A stretch of DNA of 64,000 nucleotides from an uncultured Hyphomicrobiales bacterium (GTDB lineage: Bacteria; Bacteroidota; Ignavibacteria; Kapaibacteriales; UBA2268), in the NCBI GenBank assembly GCA_964606895.1, contig CAZSHX010000008.1, forward strand, positions 17,816 through 81,815, read 5' to 3'. Under the pieces are notes generated by a model, which searched no databases, had not been told where the DNA came from, and worked only from the letters and a program-made list of their open reading frames with translations. Both the position numbers and the translations under genes were made by a program. Below, piece after piece: positions 48,756 through 58,739 of the stretch. Positions within the stretch are counted from its first letter, which is position 1, and each line of letters opens with the position of its first letter.

Positions 48756-50207
48756 TTAGTTTTTTCTCTTGCTGATTTGTTTTACAGCCATAACAAATAA
48801 GATTAGTATCATCGGCTCAATATCATATCTGAAACGGTTATTTTCTCCAAGTTCGAACAAATTGCCGATGATTGCAATGTATAGTATATTAAAGACCATG
48901 AAGGATATTAAATAGTAATATTGGGTTTTCATTTTTCTGTATTTCAGCAAATATCTGAAATAATAAAACGCAAGAAAAATCATCGCAAGGGTGAAAGTGA
49001 TTCCTATATATCTGAATACATCCAAGTTCATCCCATTTTCCTTGAATTCAGCTTTTTGTGTATCGCTTAAAGTGCTGTATTGCTTTTGCTGACCATAGAA
49101 CACGATATTATAGAAATCGGCATAATTTGAGATTTTGGAAAGATGGTCATTATAAATGTACCGATAATCTGTCGGCGATTTTAAAAAGAAATAGAATGAC
49201 ATTGCTACTGATTTCAAATAATTGGCAGGTTCGTAATAAATTGCCTTTAGCGATTCATTCATATAGAGCTTTGAAACTGGAACAAAATACTTGTGATTGT
49301 AATTAACATGCCTATTGAAATCTTTTAATGAATCTTCCAGACAGCTAATATTAGGGAAATTGGTCTTTTCTGCAAACTGCCTGTATGTTCCTGCGTGACT
49401 GAAAGGCTTTATTGACGACAATTCCGAGAGTTTCTTCTCCGAAATCAGTTTCTCCACTTGTTCTTTTGGTAAGGTAGAAATTGCAATTTTTGCCAGATTC
49501 ATTCCCGTCCAGCTTGTTGTAATGGTTCCAAAAAGGATAAGATTTTTGATAACTAAAATGAAAATAACAAAAGCAGGTATTGCGGCAGAAAATATAATTG
49601 TCTTTCTGTCATTCTTAAAAAAGAAAAGCATTAATAGAAAAATCATCAGAAACCATATAGGATGGTATAATGACCGAGTGAGAACAATTAATGCCAAAAC
49701 AGAAAATAGCAGAACTCCTGTTTTTAGATTTCTATGTTTTTCAAACCTGTCAAACAAGTAAACAGACAAAAGCATAAGAAACAAAACAGGATAGCTGTAG
49801 AAAAGCCAGTTCTCATAAAGTATCTGAGCAGGGCTGATTACAAACAAAGTGGAAATAATCAATGATAACACCCATCTTCCCGTAATTTTTTTTAGAATAA
49901 CATACAGCAGAAGAAAAATGAAAAAGCCTAAAATCAAATATAACAAGTTGAAGATTAGAGTTTCGTAACCAAAACCAATTTTCAGGATTAATCCTATGAA
50001 CAAATTGAATAAAGGAGGCTGGCTATGGAGATAAAAGATGCTTTCTGCAAGATGTTTTTTTAATAGAGATAAATCCTGAAGTTGAAAAAACCAAGTGATT
50101 GGTGTTGTATCAAAACGAATTTCTGAAAAATAGAATATCAGGCGTGAAGAAACGAAAATAATAAACAGATAAAAGTATTCTCTTCTATTTGCTTTTTCAA
50201 AGTTCAT
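48756..50207 (-). CDS. Polytopic membrane protein, GT-C (PMT_2/ArnT-like) glycosyltransferase candidate
   Basis: It has about 10 hydrophobic helices. An early loop motif, LHSQPPLFNLFIGLILK, resembles the HPPL-type motif of PMT_2-family enzymes. Confidence 0.45.
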   Translation of the reverse strand: MNFEKANRREYFYLFIIFVSSRLIFYFSEIRFDTTPITWFFQLQDLSLLKKHLAESIFYLHSQPPLFNLFIGLILKIGFGYETLIFNLLYLILGFFIFLLLYVILKKITGRWVLSLIISTLFVISPAQILYENWLFYSYPVLFLMLLSVYLFDRFEKHRNLKTGVLLFSVLALIVLTRSLYHPIWFLMIFLLMLFFFKNDRKTIIFSAAIPAFVIFILVIKNLILFGTITTSWTGMNLAKIAISTLPKEQVEKLISEKKLSELSSIKPFSHAGTYRQFAEKTNFPNISCLEDSLKDFNRHVNYNHKYFVPVSKLYMNESLKAIYYEPANYLKSVAMSFYFFLKSPTDYRYIYNDHLSKISNYADFYNIVFYGQQKQYSTLSDTQKAEFKENGMNLDVFRYIGITFTLAMIFLAFYYFRYLLKYRKMKTQYYYLISFMVFNILYIAIIGNLFELGENNRFRYDIEPMILILFVMAVKQISKRKN

Positions 50208-50646
50208 TAAAATCCTTCAAAACAGACTTAATTATTCCTTGGTAAGGCATCCAAGCAATTGCACAGTTAACTTTGGTTAAACTGTCGTCATCGAACGTAC
50301 ATTTAAAATTTTCTTTAGGGATTAAAGCCCGGCAGACCATTGGTCTTTCATCGTGTGGAAGTTTGCATCCTGTTTCGGTTAAAAGTATGCAATAGTAATG
50401 TTTGCTGTCGTCAAGGATTTTATCTGCACAGACTTGCCTCATTCTCAAATAAAAAAGGCGTGTGGCTTCTTCTCGTTTGTCCATTGGGGAATCGCCCCAC
50501 CAGGCAATTGCATAAAGATTTGTTTGAAGTAAAGTAGTTAAGCTTTCGAGGGTAACCGGAAACTTTAACTCACTTGGGAATATATGTCCGGGAGTTGCCT
50601 TACAACAAGCTCCCTTACAAACTGAACATATTTCTTGATTTTCCAC
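50197..50646 (-). CDS. YkgJ-type Cys-cluster protein (CxxCxxCC zinc/iron-chelating domain)
   Basis: The N-terminal CSVCKGACCK motif is present, plus downstream Cys residues. It overlaps the next gene by 11 nt. Confidence 0.6.
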   Translation of the reverse strand: MENQEICSVCKGACCKATPGHIFPSELKFPVTLESLTTLLQTNLYAIAWWGDSPMDKREEATRLFYLRMRQVCADKILDDSKHYYCILLTETGCKLPHDERPMVCRALIPKENFKCTFDDDSLTKVNCAIAWMPYQGIIKSVLKDFNEL

Positions 50647-50653
50647 AAATGAA

Positions 50654-51070
50654 TTACCTTACTAAAATTGATTCCCATGTGACTTTGCATCCCGAACGCT
50701 GGAACATAGCAGAAGCTCCGCAATAGGTAGTCTGAGAAAGTTCGACAGCTTTTTCGAGTTCTTTAAGTTCTGCATCAGGACTTGTCAGGATGAATCTCAG
50801 GTGAACTGAAGTCAGAACTTTGGGATGAGTTTCTGCTCTTTCGGCTGTCAATTCAACTTCAAGAGAATCTATCTGACGTTTCTTTTTTCTTACAATACTG
50901 ACAACATCCATAAAACTGCAACCGCCCATTGCCTGGAGCATAACTTCCATTGGTGTTGCGGCAGAATCCTCTCCGCCGAATTCAGGATGTGTATCAAAAT
51001 ATGTTTCCATTCCGGCTTCGTTTGAGCCGATTATTCTCATTTTATTATCGAGCTTTAAATGTGCTATCAT
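50654..51070 (-). CDS. OsmC/Ohr-family protein
   Basis: Length is 138 aa. The motifs PMEVMLQAMGGCSFMDVVSI and the C-terminal SQTTYCGASAMF give two conserved Cys as in OsmC-like proteins. Confidence 0.8.
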   Translation of the reverse strand: MIAHLKLDNKMRIIGSNEAGMETYFDTHPEFGGEDSAATPMEVMLQAMGGCSFMDVVSIVRKKKRQIDSLEVELTAERAETHPKVLTSVHLRFILTSPDAELKELEKAVELSQTTYCGASAMFQRSGCKVTWESILVR

Positions 51071-51083
51071 TGTTGTCCTCTAA

Positions 51084-52235
51084 TTAAAACATGTGACATT
51101 TTTCAAGATTCATTTCGCATTTCGAGTAAAACTGAGGAATCTGCAAACTACGTGCGGCAACCTCAATAACAAATGCTTTTAGTTCACGGTTGTCTTCTTC
51201 AAGTTTAAGGATTACGGGTTTTTGGCCGCAAGAAAAATTCTTGAATAAGGTTCTTGCCGGAACCTGCATATAAACACTCATTCTGCTGAAGCCGAAATCC
51301 AATGTTTCCAGCATCCATTTTGTAATCCAACCATTTACAAGCGGAGTTGGGTCGTCCTTTAGCATGTGGAATTTTTCGAATCTGACCTGGAATGCAGAAA
51401 CTAAACCTTCAATTCTTATTTTCGGACGATTTTCGATTCTTTCTTTTATTCTTCGGATAAATTGGTCTGCATTTGAGTTGAGAACATCTTTCAATCTCAT
51501 ATCATAATTTTGTTTCAGGTAACTATTCAAAGTTTGGTCTTTCAAACCTTCATAAGCCTTCAAAGAATCGTTTATAAGCTTATGATTAATGGGGAATCTA
51601 TCCAAACAGCAAGTGATTTCTTTGTCCCTGAAAGCTCTATGGTAATAAATACGAATAGTAGATTCAGGATATATTTTGCCAACGGCTTCGTCAATGTGCT
51701 TCGAACCGTTTGTCATGAAAGTCTGGCAAGCGATATTTCTAGTGTTCATTCGAGTGAGCAATTCATCCCAAACTCTGATTTCATCTTTGGGTCCAATCTG
51801 ATAACCCAGGACAACCGTCGAGAGTGCGTCAATTGCCATGGCAAGAAACATCGTATTCGAAGTTGAGCCGGAACCTTTGCATGAACATGAAAAATTTCGA
51901 CCAACCAGATATACCAGCTTAGGTTCGTGCTTTGCAATATTAATATCCAGATATTCTTCCCAATTTGGGCACCCATCAAGAAATTCTCTGATTTTCTGAT
52001 TAATTCTTAGTGGCGAACTATGGTAGAAACCAACTAAGTCTCTGCAAGTTTTACCATTCAGATATTCCTCGACAATATATGACAAGTCAGGTTTGGAGGA
52101 TTCCATTTTTTCATGAACCCATGTTTTCCCACAGGTTCTACAGCGATAACGCTTATTGCCTGTCGTAGTCTTACCATGGCGGATAACTTTAGTACTCTTA
52201 CAAAATATACAAGCCTGTCGAATTTCATCATTCAT
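51084..52235 (-). CDS. IS1-like transposase-related protein (InsA-type zinc ribbon + degenerate InsB-like core), probably immobile
   Basis: The N-terminal ribbon is CIFCKSTKVIRHGKTTTGNKRYRCRTCGKTW. The central segment FMTNGSKHIDEAV aligns by eye with IS1 InsB WMTDGWPLYE but has D->N. No terminal inverted repeats are seen, and the gene sits 13 nt from the OsmC gene. Confidence 0.4.
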   Translation of the reverse strand: MNDEIRQACIFCKSTKVIRHGKTTTGNKRYRCRTCGKTWVHEKMESSKPDLSYIVEEYLNGKTCRDLVGFYHSSPLRINQKIREFLDGCPNWEEYLDINIAKHEPKLVYLVGRNFSCSCKGSGSTSNTMFLAMAIDALSTVVLGYQIGPKDEIRVWDELLTRMNTRNIACQTFMTNGSKHIDEAVGKIYPESTIRIYYHRAFRDKEITCCLDRFPINHKLINDSLKAYEGLKDQTLNSYLKQNYDMRLKDVLNSNADQFIRRIKERIENRPKIRIEGLVSAFQVRFEKFHMLKDDPTPLVNGWITKWMLETLDFGFSRMSVYMQVPARTLFKNFSCGQKPVILKLEEDNRELKAFVIEVAARSLQIPQFYSKCEMNLEKCHMF

Positions 52236-52487
52236 TAGATAATCCTAAAAATAAATATAGAATAAGCAAAAAACAAAATATGTACAAAATAAATATATTA
52301 AAAATTAATTAAAAAAAAACATATTTTTTTCAAAATCGTAAAATATTTTTTTGAATGTTGTTCTCGAAGGATTTTTACATTTTGGCAAACTATATATTTA
52401 ATGGCGACTTATAAATAATAATTGTAATAAGTCAATTAAAATGATTAATTTGCAGGAGTAATGATTGAATTTTTTTAGAAATGATTG

Positions 52488-52559
52488 TGACCCCAACGGG
52501 ATTCGAACCCGTACTGCCACCGTGAAAGGGTGGTGACCTATCCATTAGTCGATGGGGCC
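52488..52559 (-). tRNA. tRNA-Glu (anticodon UUC), no encoded CCA
   Basis: The minus strand reads GGCCCCATCGACTAATGGATAGGTCACCACCCTTTCACGGTGGCAGTACGGGTTCGAATCCCGTTGGGGTCA. It folds by hand into a 7-bp acceptor stem, 4-bp D stem, 5-bp anticodon stem with loop CTTTCAC, 4-nt variable loop, and T arm ACGGG/TTCGAAT/CCCGT. Confidence 0.9.
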
Positions 52560-52621
52560 AATGCCTTATAAAAGGATTACAAAATTAAGAATATTTTTCA
52601 ACTTATCCAAATATTATTTTT

Positions 52622-53257
52622 ATGAATGAAAATGAAAAATCTGTGGTTGTTGCCATTACAGGCGGTATAGGTAGTGGCAAATCAACGGTTGCAGGATTTA
52701 TTAAGACAGCCGGATACAAGGTGTTGTTCCTTGATGATTTGGCAAAGCAAATTATGCTTAACGACAACGATGTCAAAAAGAAACTCATCAATGCATTTGG
52801 CTCATCAGTTTATTCCGATGATGGAGTGCCAAACCACTCCAATATCTCTGAAATCGTTTTCGGGAGCGGTTCTGCAAGCTCGGACAACTTGAACAAGCTC
52901 AATAAAATTGTTCATCCTCCAACGATTGACGAAATGATTAAGCAAGTAGAAATTCTGGAGACTGCCGGCGAGGAACTTATTTTTATTGAAAGTGCGATTA
53001 TCTTTGAAGCAGGAATTGACGAAGGTTTTGATTATATTATTACCGTCAGCACCGAAAAAGAAACTGCAATTCAGAGAACCATTCAAAGGACCGGATTGAC
53101 GGCAGAGCAGGTAGAACAGAGAATGAAACAACAAATGAGCAATGAAGAAAAAGCCGGCATTTCGGATTTTGTTATAGACAATAATTTCGACCTGGATGCT
53201 TTGAAGCAGGCAACTGATTTTGTTCTGAATATTATCAAGATGTCCTCTGAAGAATAA
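52622..53257 (+). CDS. coaE: Dephospho-CoA kinase
   Basis: The P-loop is VAITGGIGSGKSTV. Length (211 aa) and the VHP motif region fit CoaE. Confidence 0.9.
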   Translation: MNENEKSVVVAITGGIGSGKSTVAGFIKTAGYKVLFLDDLAKQIMLNDNDVKKKLINAFGSSVYSDDGVPNHSNISEIVFGSGSASSDNLNKLNKIVHPPTIDEMIKQVEILETAGEELIFIESAIIFEAGIDEGFDYIITVSTEKETAIQRTIQRTGLTAEQVEQRMKQQMSNEEKAGISDFVIDNNFDLDALKQATDFVLNIIKMSSEE

Positions 53258-53508
53258 AAAAGTCAGGTTTTCAAAATTTAGCTTTCATAAAAAGACATGG
53301 TTTTCTGACTATCCGTATTGTTTCTGCATTTAAACATCGATACTCAATATAAATCATTAACGCAGGAACAACAATCATAGTGGGAAAAATATTCTTTTTT
53401 ATCAATTTCTGTAACAAAACGCAATAAAATTTGTTATTGATAAAATGAATGTACAAATTTTTTGTTCATCTTTTTAGAAAAGTGTTTATTTTTGTTAAAA
53501 GGAAATGC

Positions 53509-54603
53509 ATGAGAAACATATTTTTATATATCACCCTCTTTTTTGGCTTCAGTTTGATGTCTTCTGAAGCTACTATGCTTGTTGGTGTACCCGAATTGGT
53601 TGACTTTGGCAGAGTGCTTATCAATTCTGCACCCGTTACCAAAAAAGCCACATTTACAAATACTTTGGGCAGAATAATGTCTTTCAAAAGTGATACACTT
53701 TTGCAAACTATGGACAGCCTTTTTGTTATAAACACAAAATTACCCTTCAGAATTGCTATCAGTCAATATTCAAATGCCGAATTTACCTTCAATCCCGGTA
53801 AAGGTAAATTCGGGATATTTTACGGCACAGTTTACTTTTTCAATAGTGAAAAACCCGAAGATTCAGCCAAAGTCATTCTAAGAGCAGAAATATACCAACA
53901 GGAAATTTTGAAAGAATTTGAAATCTCACTTCCGAACATAGCTTCTGCAACAGGCTCAAATATCCTTATTTCGATGATTCTTGGGAAATATACTTATGAC
54001 CAGAGGATTACAGGATTTGAAGCTACCGTGGAATTCAACAGTACATTGCTGACTATGACAAATCCCGAGGAAAGAGGGAATATCGAATTTGGGAGACAAA
54101 TCGTTAAGATTTCAAAAAAATTGACAGATACTCATCCATCAATAGGCGATACTCTTTATGTTTTGAATGCCACAACTCTATTGGGTAATGCACGTCAAAC
54201 TCCACTTACATTGAAAGATTTCAAATGGACGGGTGAAGTTGCAAATGCAGAATTCAGAGTAAACAAACTTTCGGGTTCGGTTTTGCTTCAGGATATTTAT
54301 TTTGATAATGGAATACCGCGGTTACTTACCCGAATGGATAACACTCTGAAAATTGAATCTTCTAATAATGTTTTCAATTCGGATTTTGAACTTCAGTGCT
54401 CTTATGTTAATTCGGCTCAGTTCAAAATAATTGATGTTTTGGGAAATCAGATTGTTGACCTATCAGCAAAATGTCCATTACATAATCTTTTTTCAACTGA
54501 AAAAATTACTATCCCAAGAAGTACTTTTACGAATCGGGGTATTTACATCGCAGTTCTTTCCGGTCCGAAACAAGTAGTCTCAAAATTGCTGATTATAGAG
54601 TAA
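53509..54603 (+). CDS. Secreted protein of unknown function with a T9SS-like C-terminal domain
   Basis: The start is taken at MRNIFLYITLFFGFSLMSSEA. The C-terminal segment is FELQCSYVNSAQFKIIDVLGNQIV...GIYIAVLSGPKQVVSKLLIIE. Confidence 0.45.
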   Translation: MRNIFLYITLFFGFSLMSSEATMLVGVPELVDFGRVLINSAPVTKKATFTNTLGRIMSFKSDTLLQTMDSLFVINTKLPFRIAISQYSNAEFTFNPGKGKFGIFYGTVYFFNSEKPEDSAKVILRAEIYQQEILKEFEISLPNIASATGSNILISMILGKYTYDQRITGFEATVEFNSTLLTMTNPEERGNIEFGRQIVKISKKLTDTHPSIGDTLYVLNATTLLGNARQTPLTLKDFKWTGEVANAEFRVNKLSGSVLLQDIYFDNGIPRLLTRMDNTLKIESSNNVFNSDFELQCSYVNSAQFKIIDVLGNQIVDLSAKCPLHNLFSTEKITIPRSTFTNRGIYIAVLSGPKQVVSKLLIIE

Positions 54604-54607
54604 TTTA

Positions 54608-56245
54608 ATGAACAGAACCATTAAGATAACAATATTATTGTTTTTCGTTACCTTGATTTGTTCTGCAAATTCCGGTCAAAATTTATTCTTTGGAATTGGT
54701 TTCGAGTATGGCAAACTCTTCAACCAAATCAATTTCAATGCACTTCCCGGCATTCCGCGTCCTAATATTCCGCTAACCGGAGAATCCCAATTCTGGAATT
54801 ACCGGATTAATGCCAATATGGTTTACAGAGTTGGAAGTTTTATTCAGACAGGACTTAGATTTGATTATGCAAACACACCTACTTACTCGTACAGGGATTT
54901 GGAATCTACTCTTATTGGTCGCGACGGCATTCCGGAAAAAGCAATAATCGAGAACACAATGAATTTAAAATTCGATGAAATTGGCGGCGAGCCGTTTGTC
55001 GGATTTTTCATTAATGATATTTTGTCTTTGAATTTTGGTCTTAGATTCGGTTATATATATAATTCTGAGTTTACTCAGAATCAGAAAGTTATTCAACCCG
55101 CAGATTATGGTTTTAATTCGCCTATCGGCAAATATTCCGGTAAAATACCACAAGCAGTAAAAATGCTTTATCAGACTTCTGTCAGACTTGAATCGGAAAG
55201 CAGTATCCTTCAGTTGCGAAACTTCAAATTCAAGCCGGAAATTCAGTTCCTGTATTCTCTGAATAATATGATTACCGGGCTTAACTTTAAATATTACAAC
55301 ATCACCGGTGGAATTTCCATAAGCTATATTAATTCACCCCAGCCACCTATTATTCGCGATACGGTAATTGTTCGTGATACGATTGAAGTGCTGTCCGGTG
55401 CAAGTTCTGAAAAACACACCTCACTGAAATCCACTATATCAAAGAGCGAGTTAATCGGCAGAAGGGAAATTACTACGTTAACACAAAGCCACGAAACAAT
55501 TATTCCCAAGACTAAACCAATGCTGATTGGAGAAGTTTCGGCTGTATTTATGTTTGCAGACAAACCGGAAACAAAAAGATTTAATCTTGAATTTGAGAAG
55601 ACTGTAATAAAATTTGTTTATCCAGCATTCTCAAGCCAAAAAGGAAAAATCGTTTTCGGCAAAAAGCTTGAAATCAAGACCGATTCTACAGCAACTTTAT
55701 TAATTCCAACTGTCAACTTCTACCCTAAAGTAACAGCCGAGTCAGGCTTGAAGGAATGGACACTTTCAATCAGCGAAAATTACAAGGAACTCAAAAGGAT
55801 TTCAGGCACTCTGGATATTCCCTCGAAAATTGAATGGGAACCAACCAATCATTTTAAAAACGAGGAAATTATCGGTAAAAATTTCCATTACAAACTTGAA
55901 CTCGAAGATTTTGACAGCAACAAAGTAACTGCCGCAACAGGTTCGATTGATTTTAATGAAACCGGCAAAAATGACATTTTAAACACAAAAATTATTCAGT
56001 TTGTTGTTATACCTGCAGATTCGAAAAACTTTAAGCAATTCATTGATCATATTGAAAAAGCTTCATCCGGGAAAAAAGTAAAACCTTATCGTGTTTTTAC
56101 TGATTCGGAATTTCATCCTAATGCAAAACTCGAATCTGAACTTTCAAAGTATGGACTAATTGGAACAAAATCCTTTAAAGGAATATTTAATGGAATATTT
56201 TCAGAATTCCCTGTCTATAATTATTATGTAATTGCAGTTGAGTAA
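54608..56245 (+). CDS. Secreted or outer-membrane protein of unknown function
   Basis: It has a signal peptide (ITILLFFVTLICSANS) and a beta-strand-rich N-terminal half. It starts 4 nt after the upstream stop, so the two are probably co-transcribed. Confidence 0.4.
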   Translation: MNRTIKITILLFFVTLICSANSGQNLFFGIGFEYGKLFNQINFNALPGIPRPNIPLTGESQFWNYRINANMVYRVGSFIQTGLRFDYANTPTYSYRDLESTLIGRDGIPEKAIIENTMNLKFDEIGGEPFVGFFINDILSLNFGLRFGYIYNSEFTQNQKVIQPADYGFNSPIGKYSGKIPQAVKMLYQTSVRLESESSILQLRNFKFKPEIQFLYSLNNMITGLNFKYYNITGGISISYINSPQPPIIRDTVIVRDTIEVLSGASSEKHTSLKSTISKSELIGRREITTLTQSHETIIPKTKPMLIGEVSAVFMFADKPETKRFNLEFEKTVIKFVYPAFSSQKGKIVFGKKLEIKTDSTATLLIPTVNFYPKVTAESGLKEWTLSISENYKELKRISGTLDIPSKIEWEPTNHFKNEEIIGKNFHYKLELEDFDSNKVTAATGSIDFNETGKNDILNTKIIQFVVIPADSKNFKQFIDHIEKASSGKKVKPYRVFTDSEFHPNAKLESELSKYGLIGTKSFKGIFNGIFSEFPVYNYYVIAVE

Positions 56246-56870
56246 CCGTTGAAACGAAATAATCTAAATACTGATTCTCACCTGTTTTTAATCAATATCT
56301 TTCCTTCTCTAATTACATTTTATCACGCTTTAGAAGAGTATCGCTAACGGTTAATTATCAAATCACATTTCGAATATATTGATAGTACTCAAATTCACAA
56401 TTTTCAACAGCTTTACTGGAAACTCAGAAATATCATCATGACAAGACAAAACTTGTGTTCTTCAACTCAAAAAATCAATGGCACTTCAAAGCGGCATTCG
56501 TTTCTATTCTACACAAGGGTAGCCCTCTGTTCTATTAACTAACTAATTCAAAGGAATACGCCATAAGTTTCACTAAACGCTACCTGGAGCAAATACAGGA
56601 CGATGAGGCTGAACCTGAATACAACGACCTATTCGACTATGAGCAGATGCTCTACGAACAGGCAAAGCTACAACAATCAGACAATAACAACAGCACAAAA
56701 GAAAAAGGCTCTACCCTCAGCTAAACACTGGGGGGGAGCCTAACCCTATCAAGTTTTTAAAAAGTAGTGGGGGGGTACTTTCTTCCATTACGTGTATAGA
56801 TAATCAGCTTCTCTAAAATTTATATAAAAAATGAGATAGTCATTAGCCACTTACTTCAATTGTCAATTGG

Positions 56871-58046
56871 TTAGTCTTTAACACAACGAACTGAAAACCC
56901 GTAGCCCTTACTACTTCCATACCTGCCGACGACGGCGTGATCGCAGTCCAAGCTCTGAGCCCACGCATACGTCGCATCGAGCTCAGTGGACGACCACCAA
57001 ACACCGTAGCCCCCTATGTCGCTAAATGTTATCCCACCATAGTCACGACATCCCCCGGGAAGGGCGGAAAAGTTGCTTGAGTTTGTCGCACCTGTGTTTG
57101 GACTTCTCCAGTGGCTCGTTCCTGTCTCTTTCATCTTTCCTCCAGCAACACTTCTACCACCTAGAAATGTTGTTAGAGCTGTACATTCTGCATCAGATGG
57201 CACCAGCCAGCCAATTGGTGCCAAGCCTCTCGGATCATTTACTGCATACCAATTATAAAGTTTACCGTAGATTTTCCCATTTGCAGGGTCGTTGTTGTAA
57301 TAGCACCATGCTCCAGTTGTTAGATTTGCCCATGCTGTGGCATCTTTTACTTCAGGTATTGAGTCGCCATTACGGTAGTGGTCAACATTAAGGTTTTTAA
57401 GCATCCATACCTGAGTGCCGATTGTTACCATTTCAGCAGTTTCTGGTGGAGTTATTATGAATTCTACTTCATTACTTTTTACTCCATTTACAGTTACGTA
57501 AACTTTTCCGCTTGTTGCTCCAGTTGGCACTTTTACTTTGATGTCTGTGTCGCTCCAACTTGAATATTCTGTAGCTTTTGTACCGTTAAATGAAACAGAG
57601 CTTATTGTTTGACTTGCTCCAAATCCACTGCCATAGATAGTCACAACATCACCTATTCTTGCTGACGTTGGTGTTATACTGGTTACTTGAAATGTTTTCA
57701 CAGGATCTACAGTAAAATCCACTTCATTGCTTTTAACTCCATTTACAGTAATGTAAACTTTTCCGCTACTTGCTCCTGTCGGTACTTTGGCTTTTATTTG
57801 TGTATCATTCCAACTTGTGTAAATGGTCGCTTGTGTATTATTGAATGATACGTAACTTGTATTTTGAATGTCACCAAAATTAATACCTGATATGGAAACA
57901 ATATCCCCGATACTTGCTGAGGTTGGGGTAATAGATGTAATTTTAAATGTACTACTTGTATCAGGCGTATCTGTAGTATTATTCTTACTACAGCTAAACA
58001 AAATAGATAATGCAATGATTAATAATAACAAAATTCTGATTCTCAT
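56871..58046 (-). CDS. Lipoprotein with two IPT/TIG-like domains and a Fibrobacter-succinogenes-major-paralogous (FISUMP) domain
   Basis: It has a lipobox (ALSILFSCS). A duplicated ~95-aa unit is present (ITSITPTSA.IGD.V.I.G.GFG......VSFNGT.A...SW.DT.IK.KVPTGA.SGKVY.TVNGVKSNEV.F). The C-terminal signature is VTIGTQVWMLKNLNV...GKLYNWYAV...GW.VPS..E...L...GGKMKE...W......TN.SGFSALPGG.R.......G..G.WWSS. The 3' part is visibly G+C-richer than its surroundings. Confidence 0.8.
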   Translation of the reverse strand: MRIRILLLLIIALSILFSCSKNNTTDTPDTSSTFKITSITPTSASIGDIVSISGINFGDIQNTSYVSFNNTQATIYTSWNDTQIKAKVPTGASSGKVYITVNGVKSNEVDFTVDPVKTFQVTSITPTSARIGDVVTIYGSGFGASQTISSVSFNGTKATEYSSWSDTDIKVKVPTGATSGKVYVTVNGVKSNEVEFIITPPETAEMVTIGTQVWMLKNLNVDHYRNGDSIPEVKDATAWANLTTGAWCYYNNDPANGKIYGKLYNWYAVNDPRGLAPIGWLVPSDAECTALTTFLGGRSVAGGKMKETGTSHWRSPNTGATNSSNFSALPGGCRDYGGITFSDIGGYGVWWSSTELDATYAWAQSLDCDHAVVGRYGSSKGYGFSVRCVKD

Positions 58047-58739
58047 GATAATAACCTTTTAGTTTTACATTTGATTCAACATACAAATCTAATAACTTAT
58101 ATTCAATATATTACAAAAAAAATCATACTTGCATAGTTGTCGGACAGCGGACAAAAATCAGTCTTTGCAACTTACTAATTAACAACCACTTACAAGCGAG
58201 CTAAATTCTGTCCTGTCCGACTGTTTAACACAATGATATTTAACCAACCTAATTAACTAATTATTCATCAGAAAGGAGAACCTTTATGGACGAGCAAATT
58301 GTCCTGAAAGACAAAGCAATTCAGATACTGCCTGAATCTATTATTGAGCAGTTCAGAGCAGAAGAGCAAGACCGACGAAACGAGCAAACTTCAAAGGATA
58401 TATAGTTCGGCAACGACCTGGCAAGCAAGGGCAAACTTGGGATTATATCACAGGCTTGACGCTATGCGATGGCTTGACAGTATTATCCAAGAAGGATTAG
58501 TCAAACATGTCAATCAGACTATATTGACTATCCGCAAATCTTTCGCATCTCCATCCAAATTTATAGGGTGGAGGTGTTGGAGAGGGGGAAAATCGTATAA
58601 AACAAAAAATGCCAGCAAATCTGCCAGCATTTAGTTTGTGACTGTCCTAAGTGCCTTTATTGTAAGGTTAATAGGCTTTAGTAAAGTGGGCCCTGAGGGA
58701 CTATTGGATTCCTATATATTTCAATGCCTTATGTTACTA

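Noticed and set aside
51084-52235. Active IS1-family insertion sequence
   Set aside because: No terminal inverted repeats or target duplication are visible. The acidic catalytic positions appear substituted, and the ORF is much longer than InsAB. It is treated as transposase-derived rather than mobile.
56730-56775. Two G7 tracts 32 nt apart as a G-quadruplex or a second phase-variation switch
   Set aside because: Only two G-runs are present, whereas a quadruplex needs four. Neither lies within or immediately upstream of an intact ORF.
58344-58634. 96-aa + strand ORF in the junction region
   Set aside because: It has no RBS and an odd composition. Its middle part is better explained as the third frame of a frameshift-decayed gene that begins at the SD-led ATG at 58286.
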